Source of the DNA: Desulfobacterales bacterium
Lineage (GTDB): Bacteria; Desulfobacterota; Desulfobacteria; Desulfobacterales; UBA5616
Assembly (NCBI GenBank): GCA_046483495.1
Contig: JAWODC010000001.1
Location: 1 to 64,000, forward strand
DNA length: 64,000 nt
Direction: 5' to 3'
Shown in pieces: positions 60,106 to 64,000 of this stretch. Numbering within the stretch: position 1 is the stretch's first letter; each line of letters begins with the position of its first letter. Made by a program: the position numbers and the translations under genes. Below the pieces are notes generated by a model. The model was not told where the DNA came from and made no database searches. It was given only the letters and a program-made list of their open reading frames with translations.

Positions 60106-61068
60106 ATGGCAAATGTCTTGATTATCTCGGAACATCATAAGGGAAAGCTTAAAAAATCAACCCTGAATTCAATTACTTTCGGCAGGAAGGCAGCGGAAAA
60201 GGTTGGCGGAAAACTTTACCTCTTAGTAATCGGCTACTGTGTAAAGGATATCGCCGACCAGCTAACGGTTTTCGGCGCCGACAAAATCTATCTGGTGGAT
60301 GATTGCGCCCTTTCACATTATACGGCACAGTCCTGGGCGGGCATTACAGCCGAAGCCGCCCAGATCAGCGGATCGCAAATTATCGGTATATGTGCCGGTA
60401 CGACCGGCAAAGATTTTATGCCCCGAGTGGCCGCTAAACTGAATGCAGGGATGTCGTCCGCGGTCATTGATTTCGATGGAACCTTCTTTACTCGTGAAAT
60501 GTGGGCCGGACATGCTGTCGCCGAAATTGAGATAAAGACAGATATCAAATGCGTAACCATTCAGCACACGGCCTTTGATCCGGCCCACCCTGTCGGCCGC
60601 CAAACACCAGTTGAACGGATAAGCGTCCCTGTACCTGAATCCGATATCTTTTTCGTCGAGATGCAGGAAACTGTAAATGACCGCCCCGACCTCATCGAAG
60701 CCAACATCGTCATCGCAGGGGGACGAGGCATGAAAAGCCGCGAAAATTTTAAATTGCTGGAGGATTTGGCCGATATTTTCGGCGCGGCTGTCGGAGCAAC
60801 CCGTTCAGCTGTCGATGCCGGTTGGGCGCCCAATGATCTTCAGATCGGCCAAACCGGAAAAATCGTCGCGCCTGACCTTTATTTTGCAGTCGGTCTTTCC
60901 GGCGCCGCTCAACATACGGCCGGCATGAAAAACAGCAAGATTATCGTTGCAATCAACAAAGACGAAGACGCACCTATTTTCAGAGTTGCCGATTACGGTC
61001 TTGTCGGCGATCTTTTTTACGTGGTGCCTGTATTGACAAAAGCGATCAAAAACGATTCAGCTGTGTAA
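60106..61068 (+). CDS. etfA: Electron transfer flavoprotein alpha subunit
   Basis: [52 protein letters not shown]. Confidence 0.93.
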   Translation: MANVLIISEHHKGKLKKSTLNSITFGRKAAEKVGGKLYLLVIGYCVKDIADQLTVFGADKIYLVDDCALSHYTAQSWAGITAEAAQISGSQIIGICAGTTGKDFMPRVAAKLNAGMSSAVIDFDGTFFTREMWAGHAVAEIEIKTDIKCVTIQHTAFDPAHPVGRQTPVERISVPVPESDIFFVEMQETVNDRPDLIEANIVIAGGRGMKSRENFKLLEDLADIFGAAVGATRSAVDAGWAPNDLQIGQTGKIVAPDLYFAVGLSGAAQHTAGMKNSKIIVAINKDEDAPIFRVADYGLVGDLFYVVPVLTKAIKNDSAV

Positions 61069-61085
61069 ATCAACAATGGGGATAT

Positions 61086-61853
61086 ATGAAAAAGCTTAAA
61101 GGGAAAGTGGCGATCATTACAGGGGGCGCCTCAGGAATGGGAGCTGCTGCCGTTGCCCGATTCGCAGCGGAAGGGGCGCATGTTATTTCCACCGATATTC
61201 AAATTTACCAGGGAGAGGAAGTCGCCCATTCCGCCGGGGCTCATTTTATGGAGCAGGATACATGCGAGGAGGCCGGCTGGGAACAGGTGACAGAATTTGC
61301 GCTGGACCGTTTCGGACGACTCGATATCGTTATGAACAACGCTGGAATTACGACAGGAAAATCGATTGAAAAGGTTGATTTGAAAAAATGGAACCGGGTA
61401 ATCGAAGTCAATCTTACAGGGGTTATGCTCGGGTGCCGATACGGAATTCGCGTTATGAAGCAAAACCCCGGCGGCTCATCCGGATCAATCATCAATATCG
61501 CCTCCACGACCGCCTTTGCCGCGCTTCCGGAAGATGTCGGATATACCGCATCCAAAGGCGGCGTGCGGATGTTGACCAAATCCATTGCGGCCTATTGCGG
61601 CCGTGCCGGCTTGAACATCCGCTGCAACAACATCGTCCCTGGTGCCGTTTACACCGGTCTTACCTCCATCAGAATGGAGAAGGATTCAGGATTATACGAA
61701 CGTTTGGCAAAAATTTCCCCTTTAAATCGTATGGGCACGGGAGATGACATTGCCGCGGCGGCACTTTTTCTTGCCTCCGAAGACTCGTCTTTTATTACGG
61801 GTGCGGATCTGCTCGTGGACGGCGGAACAATGGCCGTCCATCCGGGCTTTTGA
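61086..61853 (+). CDS. Short-chain dehydrogenase/reductase (3beta/17beta-HSD or cyclic alcohol dehydrogenase-like)
   Basis: ITGGASGMG, NNAG, GSIINIAS, YTASK, IRCN...PG. Confidence 0.9.
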   Translation: MKKLKGKVAIITGGASGMGAAAVARFAAEGAHVISTDIQIYQGEEVAHSAGAHFMEQDTCEEAGWEQVTEFALDRFGRLDIVMNNAGITTGKSIEKVDLKKWNRVIEVNLTGVMLGCRYGIRVMKQNPGGSSGSIINIASTTAFAALPEDVGYTASKGGVRMLTKSIAAYCGRAGLNIRCNNIVPGAVYTGLTSIRMEKDSGLYERLAKISPLNRMGTGDDIAAAALFLASEDSSFITGADLLVDGGTMAVHPGF

Positions 61854-61941
61854 ACAGGCTTGATTTGGTTTTCATTGGGTGCTCAAGCGTTGACGAGGGG
61901 GTGCAAATGCCGGTTGTGAACCATTTAGAAAGAGAATAAAA

Positions 61942-62047
61942 ATGCGGAATATTTATGAAGAGTTGAGGCAGCACTTTAACATGGGAGCGAACTCGAGACT
62001 TCGCAAGACAAAAGATCTTATGGTAATTCTTAAGATCCTCTTCACTG
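61942..62047 (+). pseudogene. 5' remnant of an HTH-4Fe-4S protein like 2436..3524 and 31125..32195
   Basis: MRNIYEELRQHF......L.KT....ILKILFT resembles their N-termini; similarity ends after about 35 codons. Confidence 0.5.
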
Positions 62048-62335
62048 CGGGCTCTGTCAGTCTCATTGTCCGGAGGATGCCGTCAGTATGCATAAAAAAA
62101 GAGATTATATTCCCGCAGCCAATTTAAAAGAGATGAATGTAAATTACCTCCGTGATAAGGTGTGGTAAATACTGTTTGAAATTGCAGGAAGAAGAGATGA
62201 TCGATCAAGTACGGTTGTGCCGGTTCATGGTAAGGCGGAAAAAAGAATGTCGCAGCACCACGCTTCTCTGGAAACGTGGTTGCCTTTTCCATAATAAATA
62301 GGTCCAAGCCCACAAAAAACCGTTCGGCTCTGAAA

Positions 62336-62791
62336 TTAGTCCGAAAATGTTGTCGGTTTTTCCTTGAAACCAATAACGTGTGCGCTCATATTTCCGACCA
62401 AAGCAAATCTGACCGTACGACTGGCAAAGCACCAGGAGCCGTCAACCTGTTTAAACTCATCGAAATAATGGCCTGAAAAGATGGGCTGCAGGGGAAAATT
62501 ATCTGTTTCCTGGAGAACCGTAACGTAGCACTGACCGGTAGAAACACCTTTTTCATTATCAATCTGTATATCCACATTGGTGGTGATGTGCTTTGTCCGT
62601 GGCGTACCGTCTCTGTATATCTTTATTCCTTTTATCAAATGGAGCATTCCTTTTTTACCGAAATACGGTTGGGAACCTTCTATTGCCCACTGTCCATATT
62701 CGAAAAGACCGGCAAACTTTTCCATATCTCCGGTATCCACCGCAAAACAATATTGGTTCATCAAATGCAAGATTTCTTCTCTATCATCCAT
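62336..62791 (-). CDS. NTF2/SnoaL-like protein
   Basis: DREEI..LM..YC.AVD.GD....LF, T.HI.TN..I, G.Y.D.F....G.W.F..R. Confidence 0.85.
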   Translation of the reverse strand: MDDREEILHLMNQYCFAVDTGDMEKFAGLFEYGQWAIEGSQPYFGKKGMLHLIKGIKIYRDGTPRTKHITTNVDIQIDNEKGVSTGQCYVTVLQETDNFPLQPIFSGHYFDEFKQVDGSWCFASRTVRFALVGNMSAHVIGFKEKPTTFSD

Positions 62792-62891
62792 GTAATCATT
62801 CCATTTTTTACGGGTTTTAGTTGTATCGAATGGCCTATTTCCGGCTTTTGCCGCCTCCACGGGAAAGTTATGATTATGGCCGGCACGACTA

Positions 62892-63230
62892 TCATGATGA
62901 GAAAGAGCGGTCAACTTCGTACCACCCGGCACTGACTATTTTAAGCGAATTGTTTGCCGGTTTACTTCCGGGCCATGTCGGCGCTGCAAGATAGTCGGAC
63001 AGCGCTTTTTCTGCAGCTTCCATGGAATCCGTATCAAATTCATAAATTGTAATATACTGAGGCGGATCGGTTTTCATAAAGGGTTTCACCAATCGGTGCG
63101 CTGTAGCCCGTATGATCCCAGGCGTATGGGAAACATCTTCTATATGGTTTCCCAGGTACCATTCCTCGAATGCTTCCCTTGAAGCTTCTGAAACAGGTTC
63201 AACCAAGCCGATCAATTTTACCTTTGGCAT
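62892..63230 (-). CDS. EthD/DUF4286-like dimeric alpha-beta barrel protein
   Basis: FEEWY...HI.DV...PG...A..Y..IYEFD; AGGAG RBS. Confidence 0.75.
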   Translation of the reverse strand: MPKVKLIGLVEPVSEASREAFEEWYLGNHIEDVSHTPGIIRATAHRLVKPFMKTDPPQYITIYEFDTDSMEAAEKALSDYLAAPTWPGSKPANNSLKIVSAGWYEVDRSFSS

Positions 63231-63463
63231 TTTCCTTCTCCTTTTTAAAGAATTCGGATGATGAATCTTCTCTTTTTTTCCGCCGTTCAGATATTGTATG
63301 TGAATCGGCCGCTCGCATTTTAAAATTGCGGAATGCGACCAATATAGAACAACCTTTCGATGTAATACCTTTCATTAGCCGTTTCGCTTCTCAAAACGAT
63401 CGACGTATCTTCCTGCCCGATCAGATGAAAATTTAAAAAGGCAAACGCTGCTGTAAGTGAAAT

Positions 63464-64000
63464 CTAAACCCCGCATTTTCCCGACTCACGGATCATATCG
63501 GCGCCCTTATGAAATCTCCGACCGGCCTTCCCGCCCGTTGTTTGCCCGGCATCGACAACTAGTGTGTGTCCGGAAACGTATCGCGATTCCTCACTGGCGA
63601 GATAGAGAATGGCATTGGCGATATCAATCGGATACCCGGCAATCCCAAGGGGGGACATTTCCGCAATGGCTTTTGCAGCTTCCGATGGTTTGTTCGGATC
63701 GCCGGTTACGGCAACCGATGTCATGACGGTTACGATATTGCCCGGAGCAACCGCATTCACACGGATGCCGTATCTCCCGAGTTCGGATGCCACTGATTTT
63801 GTGAGCCCCACGACCGCATGCTTGGCAGCCGTGTATGCATGCGGCCCCAGTCCTCCGGCGACACCGGCAGTGCTCGAAAGGGAGATGATGGAGCCGGATC
63901 TTTGCGGTATCATCACCCGTGCCGCATGCTTCATCCCCAAAAAGGCGCCGCGCAACAGGATTTCAATGGTCGCATCCCAGGCAGACAGGGGAATCTCGCC
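63464..64000 (-). CDS. Short-chain dehydrogenase/reductase, 5' end outside window
   Basis: GSIISLSS.AG, YTAAKHAVVGLTK, GIRVNAVAPG, L.VDAG; frame open to the window edge. Confidence 0.9.
   Translation of the reverse strand, partial: GEIPLSAWDATIEILLRGAFLGMKHAARVMIPQRSGSIISLSSTAGVAGGLGPHAYTAAKHAVVGLTKSVASELGRYGIRVNAVAPGNIVTVMTSVAVTGDPNKPSEAAKAIAEMSPLGIAGYPIDIANAILYLASEESRYVSGHTLVVDAGQTTGGKAGRRFHKGADMIRESGKCGV

Noticed and set aside
1..64000. CRISPR arrays, rRNA/tRNA genes, transposases, integrases, prophage genes
   Set aside because: No regularly spaced repeats or recognisable motifs found by eye; a tRNAscan/Infernal run would be needed to exclude small RNAs.

Overview
Bacterial window, most consistent with an anaerobic Desulfobacterota (deltaproteobacterial) genome: sigma70-type TTGACA promoters, outer-membrane DUF1302/DUF1329 genes and HTH-[4Fe-4S] proteins. 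It is almost entirely a catabolic island for hydrophobic or cyclic substrates. Components: three DUF1329 plus one DUF1302 uptake proteins, acyl-CoA ligases, enoyl-CoA hydratases, three Old-Yellow-Enzyme/2,4-dienoyl-CoA-reductase-type flavoproteins, two KstD-like and two phytoene-dehydrogenase-like FAD enzymes, two ETF sets (one with FixCX), a tungsten AOR, a cytoplasmic DmsAB-like pair, SDRs, an NTF2/SnoaL protein and two TetR regulators. The most unusual element is an 11-gene minus-strand cluster (27960->14388) of archaeal-type C1 enzyme homologues. It has an ACS beta subunit (CdhC) with all A-cluster cysteines intact. Its CdhA has lost the B/D-cluster cysteines, the HxxHxxH motif and part of the C-cluster. 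FwdB lacks the Mo/W-ligating Cys and FwdA lacks its binuclear metal site. The cluster also holds CdhB, an FeS-domain-FwdG fusion, CooC, a ChlI/ChlD-like AAA+/VWA pair and two paralogous orphan proteins, with no corrinoid FeS protein, fwdC or fwdD. This looks like a repurposed Ni-dependent (de)carbonylase system rather than a Wood-Ljungdahl module (inference). Two repeated palindromic operator motifs define candidate regulons. There are several hidden pseudogene remnants, including a stray fwdB fragment 20 kb away, and a three-part chimeric-looking junction in the first 360 bp. No rRNA, tRNA, CRISPR array or transposase was recognised. All family assignments are by-eye motif recognition, not database searches.
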